27,505 nt of DNA from an uncultured Gammaproteobacteria bacterium (GCA_903926285.1 CAIYIP010000441.1:1-27505), one strand, 5' to 3'; positions 7,027 to 15,447 are shown, numbered from the stretch's first letter. The notes: generated by a model not told the origin, from the sequence alone. Made by a program: numbers and translations.

Positions 7027-8331
7027 GTTGTTGTCTGTTACCAACTGCAGGAATGTAATGTTCTGCCAGGGTTTGCCAAGAAAATGTATATTTTCCTCTG
7101 CGGGATATAAATAACAACAATGTGAGATGCCTTGCATGCCTTCATGGGTCGAAGAGATTTCGAGAACCAACCTTGAGTTTTTTATACTGACCAAAAAGCG
7201 CAGCAGACAATTGCCATAAGTGCCAACGACTGCGGCAACACTATCGGGAGGCGCGTCTGCCAGCATACAAGGTTGCCTGGTCGAGTTATACGTCAGCTCA
7301 GGGAAGGCGTGCTGCAAAAGCAGCGATGGCAGCGCAGCTGGCTTGCGCTTGTCCGATTGTGCGCAGAGGCAGATCGCAGTGCCGGATGCGCGATTTATGC
7401 GGACGTACGTCAGGTGCTCTTTGTCGATGCCATTCTGGCCATGCCAGTTATTGCCAAAGTTTTTCCAGCCGTAACAGCTCCCGGAAATTGTCGGAGACCA
7501 GCCAGGCATAAATTTCCGGGTAGCAAAAATGTTCGCCAGAAGTGTATCGGTCAAATTCAAGACGCCTGCCTGCGGTGTTAAAAAGCTGCCAGCGAAAGTA
7601 ACAAGATCACGCAGTGCCAGGTGTAATCCGCGACCACTTGAAGGGCAGATTGGTTGGGAAGAAATGCCAGTCCTCAAAGCAGGTGGGCGTGTGTCGTGTG
7701 TTGCAAGAGGCTGCAATATCTTCTTGTGCAGAACATGGCTGTAAGTTTCCTGGGTGACATGTTCAATGATGCTGCCGAGAACAATATAACCAGCCATGCC
7801 GTAGCTGTAGAATTTGCCGGGAGCAAAAATTCTCCGGCTGTTCTGCAATAAGAACATCACCTGCCCATAATCGATAAAGCCATCCAGTGTTACGGGCGCA
7901 GCCTCCAGGTTAATACTGCCGAGGCCGTGGGTGTGAGCAAGCAGTTGTGCAACTGTTATCCCGTCGAGCATATTGCGCGCAACATCAGCTGGGTGAGGTG
8001 CCGGGAGCAAGCCGGTTATTTCATCGTCAAACTGCAACTTGCCCTGCATAACCAGCAGGGAAACCAGGGTTGCGGTAAACAGCTTGGCCACACAAAACGC
8101 CGGGTGCAGGGTCGGGGAAGTGTTCTCGAGCACGGTCGAGTCACTATAACTGGCCGAAACACTTAATCCTCTGTTAATAATTCCGAGGCATGCTGTGTCG
8201 ATGTAAGCTTGCTTACAGGCTGTTGCCAGTCTCGCAAACCAGTAATCTGCCATAAGAGCATCTAGTTGCATTGCAGAGTTATTGCGGTCTGCAGCCGCTT
8301 CATTGTGCAGGCGGTGTAGTGGATTTTTCAT
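6958..8331 (-). CDS. Beta-lactamase/PBP-fold (serine hydrolase family) protein with a Cys in place of the catalytic Ser
   Basis: 'PAFCVAKLFTATLVSLLVMQGKLQFDD' aligns with FxxxSxxKxFTA...GKLxLDD; 'ITVAQLLAHTHGL'; 'APGKFYSYGMAGYIVLGSIIEHVT'; 'WHGQNG'. Start uncertain (8331 or 8400). No signal peptide evident. Confidence 0.8.
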   Translation of the reverse strand: MKNPLHRLHNEAAADRNNSAMQLDALMADYWFARLATACKQAYIDTACLGIINRGLSVSASYSDSTVLENTSPTLHPAFCVAKLFTATLVSLLVMQGKLQFDDEITGLLPAPHPADVARNMLDGITVAQLLAHTHGLGSINLEAAPVTLDGFIDYGQVMFLLQNSRRIFAPGKFYSYGMAGYIVLGSIIEHVTQETYSHVLHKKILQPLATHDTRPPALRTGISSQPICPSSGRGLHLALRDLVTFAGSFLTPQAGVLNLTDTLLANIFATRKFMPGWSPTISGSCYGWKNFGNNWHGQNGIDKEHLTYVRINRASGTAICLCAQSDKRKPAALPSLLLQHAFPELTYNSTRQPCMLADAPPDSVAAVVGTYGNCLLRFLVSIKNSRLVLEISSTHEGMQGISHCCYLYPAEENIHFLGKPWQNITFLQLVTDNNSMRYLWDHTQLWPELTDCLFLT

Positions 8332-8517
8332 GGGGCCTCGAGTCTTTAATTGTTCGAGCTGAAGGTATATATAGATCACGTCAGCTTTTTTTGTGAACAA
8401 TATTTACACAGTGTTCACGCAGAAGTCCGGGCGCAAATTGCAATAACTGCTCTATATTTTATTCTTGGCAATTTTTTAGTAGACTGGTTCGACCTTGTTT
8501 ATTTGTGAGTGCTAACG

Positions 8518-9261
8518 ATGGTCTTTGTCCAGACACCTGCCACAAATGCTTGTACCCATGGTTTCATTAAGGCGACCTGCAACGATTGCAGTCTCAAGAA
8601 CCTGTGCCTGCCGATCGCACTTGATATCAAGGATATCGACAGGCTCGACAAAATCATCCAGCGCAGTCGGGCGATTCACATTGGCGATCATCTGTATCGC
8701 TCCGGCGAGCAGTTCAAGTCCATTTATGCAGTGCGTTCCGGTTCCATTAAAACCTATCTTGTTGATGACGATGGCGTCGAACAGGTTACTGGCTTCTTTC
8801 TGCCAGGCGAAGTGTTGGGTTTTGATGGCATCAGTTCCGAGACTCACGGTTGTAATGTGGTAGCGCTCGAAACTTCATCAGTCTGCGAAATTCCGTTTGC
8901 ACGTATTGAAGAGCTATCGCTGCAGGTATCGAGCCTGCAGCATCACATTTTTCATCTGATGAGTCAGCAGATAGACGCCGACAACAAGATGATGCTCACG
9001 CTCAGCAAAAAAAATGCCGAAGGTCGTATTGCCACTTTCCTGGTTGGACTGTCGCAGCGCTTCGGTCGCCGCAATCTTTCACCCAATGCAATGCGCCTGC
9101 CGATGTCGCGTATGGATATCGGCAACTATCTCGGGTTGACCATTGAAACTGTCAGTCGTACGTTCAGCCGTTTGCACAAGGAAAACATCCTGAATGTTGA
9201 TGGGCGCGAAGTGGTCATCAAGGACCATGCGCGTCTGAATGAGCTTTCCCATAGTCATTAA
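8518..9261 (+). CDS. fnr: Fnr/Anr-type O2-sensing transcriptional regulator
   Basis: N-terminal 'CNDCSLKNLC' (C-x2-C-x5-C), distal 'SSVCEIP', 'FFLPGEVLGFDG', HTH 'MSRMDIGNYLGLTIETVSRTFSRL'. Confidence 0.92.
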   Translation: MVFVQTPATNACTHGFIKATCNDCSLKNLCLPIALDIKDIDRLDKIIQRSRAIHIGDHLYRSGEQFKSIYAVRSGSIKTYLVDDDGVEQVTGFFLPGEVLGFDGISSETHGCNVVALETSSVCEIPFARIEELSLQVSSLQHHIFHLMSQQIDADNKMMLTLSKKNAEGRIATFLVGLSQRFGRRNLSPNAMRLPMSRMDIGNYLGLTIETVSRTFSRLHKENILNVDGREVVIKDHARLNELSHSH

Positions 9262-9329
9262 CAGACAAACTCCCGCAGGAGCAGGCTGCAAGCTGGCAAC
9301 TCCCGCCATTCCCTGACTTTTCCATTCGC

Positions 9330-9343
9330 TTGACGCACGTCAA
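9330..9343. promoter_or_regulatory. FNR-box-like palindrome
   Basis: TTGAC-GCAC-GTCAA: perfect dyad, 8 of 10 matches to TTGAT-N4-ATCAA, 90 bp upstream of the ligA start. Confidence 0.65.
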
Positions 9344-9433
9344 GCTGCCTGCCAATCAGAATTGTAGCCACTGAGCTTTGCGTCGAGAATCGCACCATCC
9401 ATAAAGCGCGCCATTCATAAAGAGGCTGCTGCG

Positions 9434-9799
9434 ATGTTTGTTGTGAATACACAATCGAACAAAATTCCAGGCACGTATATTTTTGACGGCGCCATGGCGA
9501 TGAAGGGCTATGCGCTCAACCGCATGTGTTATTCCTTCAACAGTGCTGAAAGCCGCAAAAAATTCAAGGCGTTTCCTGATGCTTACTGTCGCAGTTACGG
9601 GCTTAGCCGGGAGCAGATAAATGCCGTCACCGATCTTGATGTGCTGCGTATGCTGCAGCTTGGCGGCAATATTTATTATCTAGCCAAACTTACGGGTATT
9701 TACGGCATGACTGTGCAGGACATAGGTGCGCAGCAAACCGGTAAGTCGATAGATGAATTTCGCGCGATGCTGCTAGCGCAAGGCCAGCTGACGGAGTAG
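9434..9799 (+). CDS. ligA: Protocatechuate 4,5-/gallate-type extradiol dioxygenase, alpha subunit
   Basis: 'IPGTYIFDGAMAMKGYALNRMCYSFN', 'YCRSYGLS', 'GGNIYYLAKL'. AAGAGG RBS. Directly upstream of ligB. Confidence 0.88.
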   Translation: MFVVNTQSNKIPGTYIFDGAMAMKGYALNRMCYSFNSAESRKKFKAFPDAYCRSYGLSREQINAVTDLDVLRMLQLGGNIYYLAKLTGIYGMTVQDIGAQQTGKSIDEFRAMLLAQGQLTE

Positions 9800-9803
9800 T
9801 AAC

Positions 9804-10643
9804 ATGGCAAAAATCGTTGGCGCATTAACCTCTTCCCACATCCCTTCAATTGGCAACGCGATATCCAGCGGCAAGCAGAATGACGCGTACTGGAAAGCGT
9901 TCTTTGCCGGCTATGTGCCAGTGGTCGAGTGGCTTGACGCTGAAAAACCCGATGTTGCGATCGTCGTGTACAACGATCACGGGCTGAATTTTTTCCTCAA
10001 CAACTTGCCGACTTTTGCGGTCGGTGCCGCGCAAGAATATATGACGAAGGACGAAGGTTGGGGCCTGCCGCTGTTTCCGCCCTACAAGGGATATCCGGAG
10101 TTTTCGTGGCATTTGATCGAAAGCCTGGTTGAACAGGAATTCGACATTGCGATGTGCCAGGAACTGGTTGTGGACCACGCCTTTATCAATCCGATGCGGC
10201 TGTTCTGGCCTGGCCAGAATCCGCCCCCGATTCGTACTATTCCGGTGTCGGTGAACACGGTGCAATACCCATTACCGCGGCCTTCGCGTTGTTATGCGCT
10301 GGGTAAGGCGATTGGTGCTGCCGTCGCGAGCTGGCCCGGCGACGAGAAGGTGGTGATTATTGGCACGGGTGGCATGTCACACCAGCTTGATGGCGAACGT
10401 GCCGGCTTCATCAACCGCAAATTTGATGAATTATGCCTTGAGGCTTTGGTCTCTGAACCCGAAATACTCGCGCGCTATAGCATTCTGGAGCTGGTGCGCG
10501 AGGCTGGGGCGCAGGGCGCCGAAATCATCATGTGGCTGATAGCCCGCGGCGCGCTCACCGGCAAAGTCAGCAAGATCCACAGCAGCTACCATGTGCCGAT
10601 ATCCAACACGGCGGCTGGAGTACTGGCGCTCGCCAACCAGTAA
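9804..10643 (+). CDS. ligB: Protocatechuate 4,5-/gallate-type class III extradiol dioxygenase, beta subunit
   Basis: 'SSHIPSIG', 'YNDH', 'VDHA', 'GTGGMSHQLDGERAGFIN' and 'GAQGAEIIMW' supply the LigB His/His/Glu iron ligands and the catalytic His. Confidence 0.9.
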   Translation: MAKIVGALTSSHIPSIGNAISSGKQNDAYWKAFFAGYVPVVEWLDAEKPDVAIVVYNDHGLNFFLNNLPTFAVGAAQEYMTKDEGWGLPLFPPYKGYPEFSWHLIESLVEQEFDIAMCQELVVDHAFINPMRLFWPGQNPPPIRTIPVSVNTVQYPLPRPSRCYALGKAIGAAVASWPGDEKVVIIGTGGMSHQLDGERAGFINRKFDELCLEALVSEPEILARYSILELVREAGAQGAEIIMWLIARGALTGKVSKIHSSYHVPISNTAAGVLALANQ

Positions 10644-10663
10644 ATCGGCGTAGATTCCAATGC

Positions 10664-10751
10664 CACTTCTGCTTATACCTACCGCCGCTGGCCTTTGACC
10701 TTCATCTTGATCTCGTAGGCGGCAGTTTCCTGGAGCTTGCGCAGCAGTCTG
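10664..10751 (+). repeat. 88-bp dispersed repeat, copy A
   Basis: Ungapped match to 17911-17998; I count 73 of 88 identical by hand. Confidence 0.9.
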
Positions 10752-10753
10752 AA

Positions 10754-10864
10754 GTCAGGAGGGGAGCCGTGCATATCAGACCGTTGGCGACATGGATGTC
10801 GCCATTCGAGCCCTCCATGGATGGATTCACGGGCGTGTCTGGTATGGGCGGCTCGCCTCCTGAC
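10754..10864. repeat. Long REP-like palindrome
   Basis: Arms GTCAGGAGGGGAGCCG / CGGCTCGCCTCCTGAC (1 mismatch). Inner hairpins TGGCGACAT-GG-ATGTCGCCA and TCCAT-GG-ATGGA. Confidence 0.85.
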
Positions 10865-10951
10865 GCGCTATCAACCTTGTAAGCCAAAGAGTTACCCTTA
10901 AGTAAGTGCCATTAGCTTTATGCCGCTGGGTATTGTCTCTACAATCCCGGC

Positions 10952-11788
10952 ATGTTGCGTTCCTGCCTGCTGGCCTCATTGTTTCTACTCTCGGTTGTTC
11001 CTGTGTCCGCACAGGAGTACCCGCAGCGTATTGTCAGCATGAACTTGTGCACCGATCAGCTGCTGCTCTTGATGGTCGATAAAAATCGTATTGCTTCGCT
11101 GAGTTATTTCGCCGGCAATCCCGATTATTCCGCCCTGGCAGATATGGCCGCCGGTATTCCACCCAATCGTGGGCAGGCTGATGAAGTAATGGGCTTTGCG
11201 CCCGACCTGGTGCTGACCAGTCAATTCAGTGCCACCCTTGCCGCCAACCTGCTCGAACGCATGGACTATAAAGTTCACAGACTCGGTTTTGCGGCGAGTC
11301 TCGAGGATGTGTATACGCAGATTGACGAGATAGCGGAAGTGACTGGCACCCAAGCGCGCGCGGAAATTCTGGGCGCAGCAATCAGGCAAGATATTGCCAG
11401 ACAACAAGAGGTACTGCTGCCAGCACTGCAAGGAAAGTCTGCTGTATTTTTTGCGAGCAACGGTTTTACGTATGGCCGCGCTTCGCTGCAGGACAGTTTT
11501 ATTCGCAGTCTCGGCATGCGCAATATTGCGGCTGAGGCTGGCATAAGTGGGCCCGCCATGTTGTCGCTTGAAGTACTGCTTGCAGCTGCGCCGGATTATA
11601 TTTTTATTGATCCGCGCAGCTCATTCGATACACAACTAGCACATCCGATGCTGCAGCATCCTGCGCTGGCGAGTCTCAGTTTGCATACACGCATGGTGAC
11701 GTTGACGGATACTTATTTTCAGTGTGCCGGTCCGCAAATCGCCCTTGCCTATGCTGCACTCGCCGAGCAACTCAACAATGAAAATTAA
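10952..11788 (+). CDS. Periplasmic binding protein of a cobalamin/iron-chelate ABC importer (BtuF-like)
   Basis: Signal peptide ending 'VSA-QE'; 'PQRIVSMNLCTDQLLL'; 'APDLVLTS'. Confidence 0.85.
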   Translation: MLRSCLLASLFLLSVVPVSAQEYPQRIVSMNLCTDQLLLLMVDKNRIASLSYFAGNPDYSALADMAAGIPPNRGQADEVMGFAPDLVLTSQFSATLAANLLERMDYKVHRLGFAASLEDVYTQIDEIAEVTGTQARAEILGAAIRQDIARQQEVLLPALQGKSAVFFASNGFTYGRASLQDSFIRSLGMRNIAAEAGISGPAMLSLEVLLAAAPDYIFIDPRSSFDTQLAHPMLQHPALASLSLHTRMVTLTDTYFQCAGPQIALAYAALAEQLNNEN

Positions 11789-12767
11789 TCGAACTGGGGT
11801 GCTGCTGGTCGTGGTGCTTCTGCTGCTGTTCGGGCTGGAACTCGTCAGTGGTCCTGCACAGGTGCCGTTGCTAACGGCGCTAAGTGATCTGATTAATGGC
11901 AACGCAAGTATTTCAGCCATCATCCTCAGTGAAGTGCGGCTGCCGCGTGCATTGCTTGCCACTCTGGTTGGTGCATCACTCGCGATATCCGGTGCGGCCC
12001 TGCAAGGCTTGCTGCGCAATCCGCTCGCAAGTCCTGACATTCTCGGCATTTCGCAGACCGCTGCGCTGTTTGCAGTGCTGGTGCTTTATTACGGCCTCTC
12101 GCAGTACGCGTGGTTCATGTTGCCGCTGGCAGCTCTCGCGGGAGGTGTGCTTGCAGTGGTGCTGATGCTTGCTCTTGCGCGGCGTATTGCAGGCACACAC
12201 ACGATTATCCTGGCCGGCGTTGCGATCAGTGCGTTGACCGGTTCCTTGACGGCGCTTGCGCTGAACTTCGCTCCCAATCCGTATGCACTGCAGGAAATTT
12301 ATTACTGGATGCTGGGTTCGGTGGCCAATCGCAGCATGAATGAAGTCTGGCTGGCGTTGCCGTTTATGCTCGCAGGCTGGGCGCTGTTGTTATACAGCCG
12401 CAATTTTCTCGATGCGCTGAGCCTTGGTGAAGACACGGCGCAGAGTCTGGGCTTTGCGCTCAAGCGTTATTCATGGCTTGTGATTCTCGGTGTCGCCTGT
12501 TGTACAGGAGCTGCGGTGGCAGTCAGCGGCAGCATCGGCTTTATTGGTCTCGTGGTGCCACATGTGTTGCGCGGCACAGTGCGCGCACAGCCCGGACGTT
12601 TGCTGCTGATCAGCTTGCCGGGCGGCGCTGTCCTGCTGTTGCTTGCAGACATCATCGTGCAATGGTTGCCGAGCGCAATCGAATTGCAGCTGGGCGTTAT
12701 CACTGCGGCGATAGGCGGGCCGTTTTTCCTATACCTGCTGCTCAGAAAACGGCATCTGTTTATATGA
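11778..12767 (+). CDS. FecCD/BtuC-family ABC permease
   Basis: 'EVRLPRALLATLVGASLAISGAALQGLLRNPLASPDILG', 'ALSLGEDTAQSLG', 'GSIGFIGLVVPH', 'GVITAAIGGPFFLYLL'. ATG 11778 overlaps the upstream stop region. Confidence 0.92.
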   Translation: MKINRTGVLLVVVLLLLFGLELVSGPAQVPLLTALSDLINGNASISAIILSEVRLPRALLATLVGASLAISGAALQGLLRNPLASPDILGISQTAALFAVLVLYYGLSQYAWFMLPLAALAGGVLAVVLMLALARRIAGTHTIILAGVAISALTGSLTALALNFAPNPYALQEIYYWMLGSVANRSMNEVWLALPFMLAGWALLLYSRNFLDALSLGEDTAQSLGFALKRYSWLVILGVACCTGAAVAVSGSIGFIGLVVPHVLRGTVRAQPGRLLLISLPGGAVLLLLADIIVQWLPSAIELQLGVITAAIGGPFFLYLLLRKRHLFI

Positions 12768-13537
12768 ACAGCCAGACTTCTGTTTTGTTATCCGCGAGCG
12801 AGCTGAGCCTGCATGCAGCGGGGACAGTGTTGCTCGACAAGGTGAGTGTACAAATCAACGCCGGGGAGTTACTCGCGGTCATCGGACCCAACGGCGCCGG
12901 CAAGTCATCGCTGCTGAAACTGCTGGCAGGTGTGAGCACTCCGACAACAGGCCTCATAAAACTTGGCGCCATGTCATTGGCCGATTGCAGTGTCACGCAC
13001 AAGGCGCGGAGTGTTGCGTATCTCGAACAGCGGCCACATGTGTACTGGCCGCTGACTGTCAGACAGGTGGTCAGCCTCGGGCGCCTGCCACATGCAGGAA
13101 CTTCGTTGGAAAATTCTGCACTCGCGGTACAAAGGGCGCTCGTGTTTACCGGTATCGCTGCATTGCAGGAGCGCCTCTTCAACACCTTGTCGGAAGGTGA
13201 AAAGATGCTGGTGAACATCAGTCGTGTGCTGGCTACTGAACCGCGCATCATTCTTGCTGACGAACCCACCGCTGCGCTTGACCCTTATCACCAGTTGCTT
13301 GTGCTGGAACTCTTGCGCACACTGGCTGGCAAGGGGCAGGGCATCATGGTGGTCTTGCATGATCTCAATCTCGCTGCGCGTTTTTGCGACCGCTTGCTGT
13401 TGCTTGCGGGTGGCCGTGTTCTCTGTGACGGCACGCCCGAGGCGGTATTAAGTTCAGGTCATATTGCACAGGCTTATCACATCGATGCGGTTTATGATTC
13501 CATCACAAAAACTGTCCAGACGAAGGGCCGGTTATGA
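12764..13537 (+). CDS. ABC ATPase of the chelate importer (BtuD/FecE-like)
   Basis: ATGA overlap with the permease stop. Walker A GPNGAGKS, Walker B ILADEPT, H-loop VLHDLN. Signature reads LSEGE. Confidence 0.9.
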   Translation: MNSQTSVLLSASELSLHAAGTVLLDKVSVQINAGELLAVIGPNGAGKSSLLKLLAGVSTPTTGLIKLGAMSLADCSVTHKARSVAYLEQRPHVYWPLTVRQVVSLGRLPHAGTSLENSALAVQRALVFTGIAALQERLFNTLSEGEKMLVNISRVLATEPRIILADEPTAALDPYHQLLVLELLRTLAGKGQGIMVVLHDLNLAARFCDRLLLLAGGRVLCDGTPEAVLSSGHIAQAYHIDAVYDSITKTVQTKGRL

Positions 13538-13620
13538 TTGGAGAAAATTTGCAATCTGTGTACTTTACGTGCCGCAGAACCCAGTCATTTTTTTTCGGTG
13601 CTGATGGTATGAAACGATAA

Positions 13621-14436
13621 ATGGACACTGTTTTTTTCTATCTTTCAAAAATACTCTGGAGCCTGTTTTCCCCCGACACCTTCCTGCTGTATCTGCTTTG
13701 TGCTGGCGTGCTGTGCGTGTTTCTGCACAAGCTGAAGACGGCTAAAATTCTGTTATTGCTCACGGCCTTCCTGTTTCTGGTTATTGCGGTTTTGCCGATG
13801 GGTGAATGGTTGTTATACCCGCTGGAAAAGCGTTTCCCTGCCAACCCGGAATTGCCTGCTAAAGTCGATGGCATCATCCTGCTTGGCGGCACAGTGCAGG
13901 CCCAGATGTCGGCAGCATGGTCCCAAAGCGAATTGGGTAACTCTGCTGAACGTGAAATTGCGTTTGTGCAGCTCGCACGTAAGTACCCGCAGGCAAAACT
14001 CGTGATGACGGGTGGCAATGGCGATATACGCGACCAGCAATATCGTGAAGCAGATGTCTCGCAAGCGCTGCTCGATGCCTTGGGGGTGGACACCAGCCGC
14101 ATCGTGTTTGAACGCGATGCTCGTAATACTTTTGAAAACGCCAGCAACAGTAAGGCGCTCATTCAGCCGCAGCACGGGGAAACCTGGCTCTTGATTACGT
14201 CCGGTTTTCATATGCCGCGCTCTGTTGGTATTTTCTGCGCGCAGGGTTGGCCTGTGTTGCCGTGGCCGGTCGATCACCAGACTTCAGCAGAGGCGCTGAC
14301 TCGCCTCGGCTTAAATCCCGCCGGCAACCTGAGTATGTTGCGCACGGCCCTGCACGAATGGGCAGGACTGGTGGTTTATTACCTGGCGGGTAAAACTAAT
14401 GCAGTGCTACCCGGACTTTGTTCGCTGGAGAAATAG
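13621..14436 (+). CDS. YdcF / DUF218 (ElyC/SanA-like) membrane-anchored protein
   Basis: N-terminal TM segments, 'GIILLGG', 'LVMTGG', 'ARNTFENA', 'LLITSGFHMPRS', 'ALHEWAGL'. Confidence 0.9.
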   Translation: MDTVFFYLSKILWSLFSPDTFLLYLLCAGVLCVFLHKLKTAKILLLLTAFLFLVIAVLPMGEWLLYPLEKRFPANPELPAKVDGIILLGGTVQAQMSAAWSQSELGNSAEREIAFVQLARKYPQAKLVMTGGNGDIRDQQYREADVSQALLDALGVDTSRIVFERDARNTFENASNSKALIQPQHGETWLLITSGFHMPRSVGIFCAQGWPVLPWPVDHQTSAEALTRLGLNPAGNLSMLRTALHEWAGLVVYYLAGKTNAVLPGLCSLEK

Positions 14437-14859
14437 ATGGCAATCTGGAAAAAAAATGCAGACCTCAGCGAGGTCAGAAAATATTTGCTGAATACGATGT
14501 GTGAACATGTTGGCATCGAGCTGGTTGAAATCGGCGACGATTTCATCAAAGCCACGATGCCGGTCGACGACCGCACCGCCCAGCATATGGGTATCATCCA
14601 CGGCGGTGCCTCGGTAGTATTGGCAGAAACCATTGGCAGCATCGCTGCTACGCTGTGTTGTCCTGACGATCATTTCATCGTGGGGCTCGAAGTCAACGCC
14701 AATCATGTGCGCGCGGGCAAGCCGCCGTTTGTTACAGGTATTGTGCGGCCACTGCATATCGGCAGCGCGACGATGGTGTGGGATATCAGGATTACCGATG
14801 TCGATGACAAACTCGTGTGTGTATCGCGACTGACCACTGCGGTGTTGAAGAATCGGTGA
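14437..14859 (+). CDS. Hotdog-fold PaaI-family thioesterase (MenI/YdiI/EntH-like)
   Basis: 'MPVDDRTAQHMGIIHGGASVVLAETIGS', 'VGLEVNANHVR', 'LHIGSATMVWDIRI'. Confidence 0.9.
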   Translation: MAIWKKNADLSEVRKYLLNTMCEHVGIELVEIGDDFIKATMPVDDRTAQHMGIIHGGASVVLAETIGSIAATLCCPDDHFIVGLEVNANHVRAGKPPFVTGIVRPLHIGSATMVWDIRITDVDDKLVCVSRLTTAVLKNR

Positions 14860-14931
14860 GCGCGCCAGATACCAACTACAGTAGTGATGTGAAGTTTCTT
14901 TCCAGAACTTTTTTTCAGGAGAAGTGCCAGC

Positions 14932-15297
14932 ATGAACAATGATCTCAGTCTGGCTGAACAAAACATTGTCATGTGCAAAAAAGGCACACCACCAATGGAG
15001 CGGGAAAAAATAGCTGAATTCCTGGAGTTGCTTCCTGAATGGTACGTGGAAGATGACAGCGGTGTCAGTCAGTTAGTGCGCAATTACGAATTTGCTGATG
15101 TTGCCGAAGCGGTTAAGTTCAGTGCTTTTGTAAAAGCGATGGCGGATGAAGCAAACCATCATCCGCTTCTGCATGTGGAGGGCAATACACTTAACGTGCG
15201 CTGGTGGACACACACCATCAAGGGTTTGCACTTGAACGACTTCATCATAGCAGCGCGCTGTGACGAACTTTATCGCGATAACTGCGTTAATGTATGA
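14932..15297 (+). CDS. phhB: Pterin-4-alpha-carbinolamine dehydratase
   Basis: 'ADEANHHPLL', 'VRWWTHTIKGLHLNDFIIAARCD'. Confidence 0.92.
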   Translation: MNNDLSLAEQNIVMCKKGTPPMEREKIAEFLELLPEWYVEDDSGVSQLVRNYEFADVAEAVKFSAFVKAMADEANHHPLLHVEGNTLNVRWWTHTIKGLHLNDFIIAARCDELYRDNCVNV

Positions 15298-15305
15298 CAC
15301 AGCTT

Positions 15306-15326
15306 GCCCGCGATACGGGCTTTGTG
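15306..15326 (+). terminator. Possible weak intrinsic terminator after phhB
   Basis: GCCCG-CGATA-CGGGC followed by TTTGTG; short stem and poor U tract. Confidence 0.35.
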
Positions 15327-15447
15327 CGTGAGAGTTTGTATAGGGCCTTGTCTGCCGATGGGAGCCCGGAATTCGTCACTATCTGGAAACTAACTTGAGC
15401 GCTCGGTATTCGCTTGTATGCACGGGCAGCGTAATCAAGAGTGACGC

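Noticed and set aside
12473-12763. Long N-terminal extension on the ABC ATPase in the ORF track
   Set aside because: It overlaps the permease and is not protein-like. The ATGA junction gives the real start at 12764.
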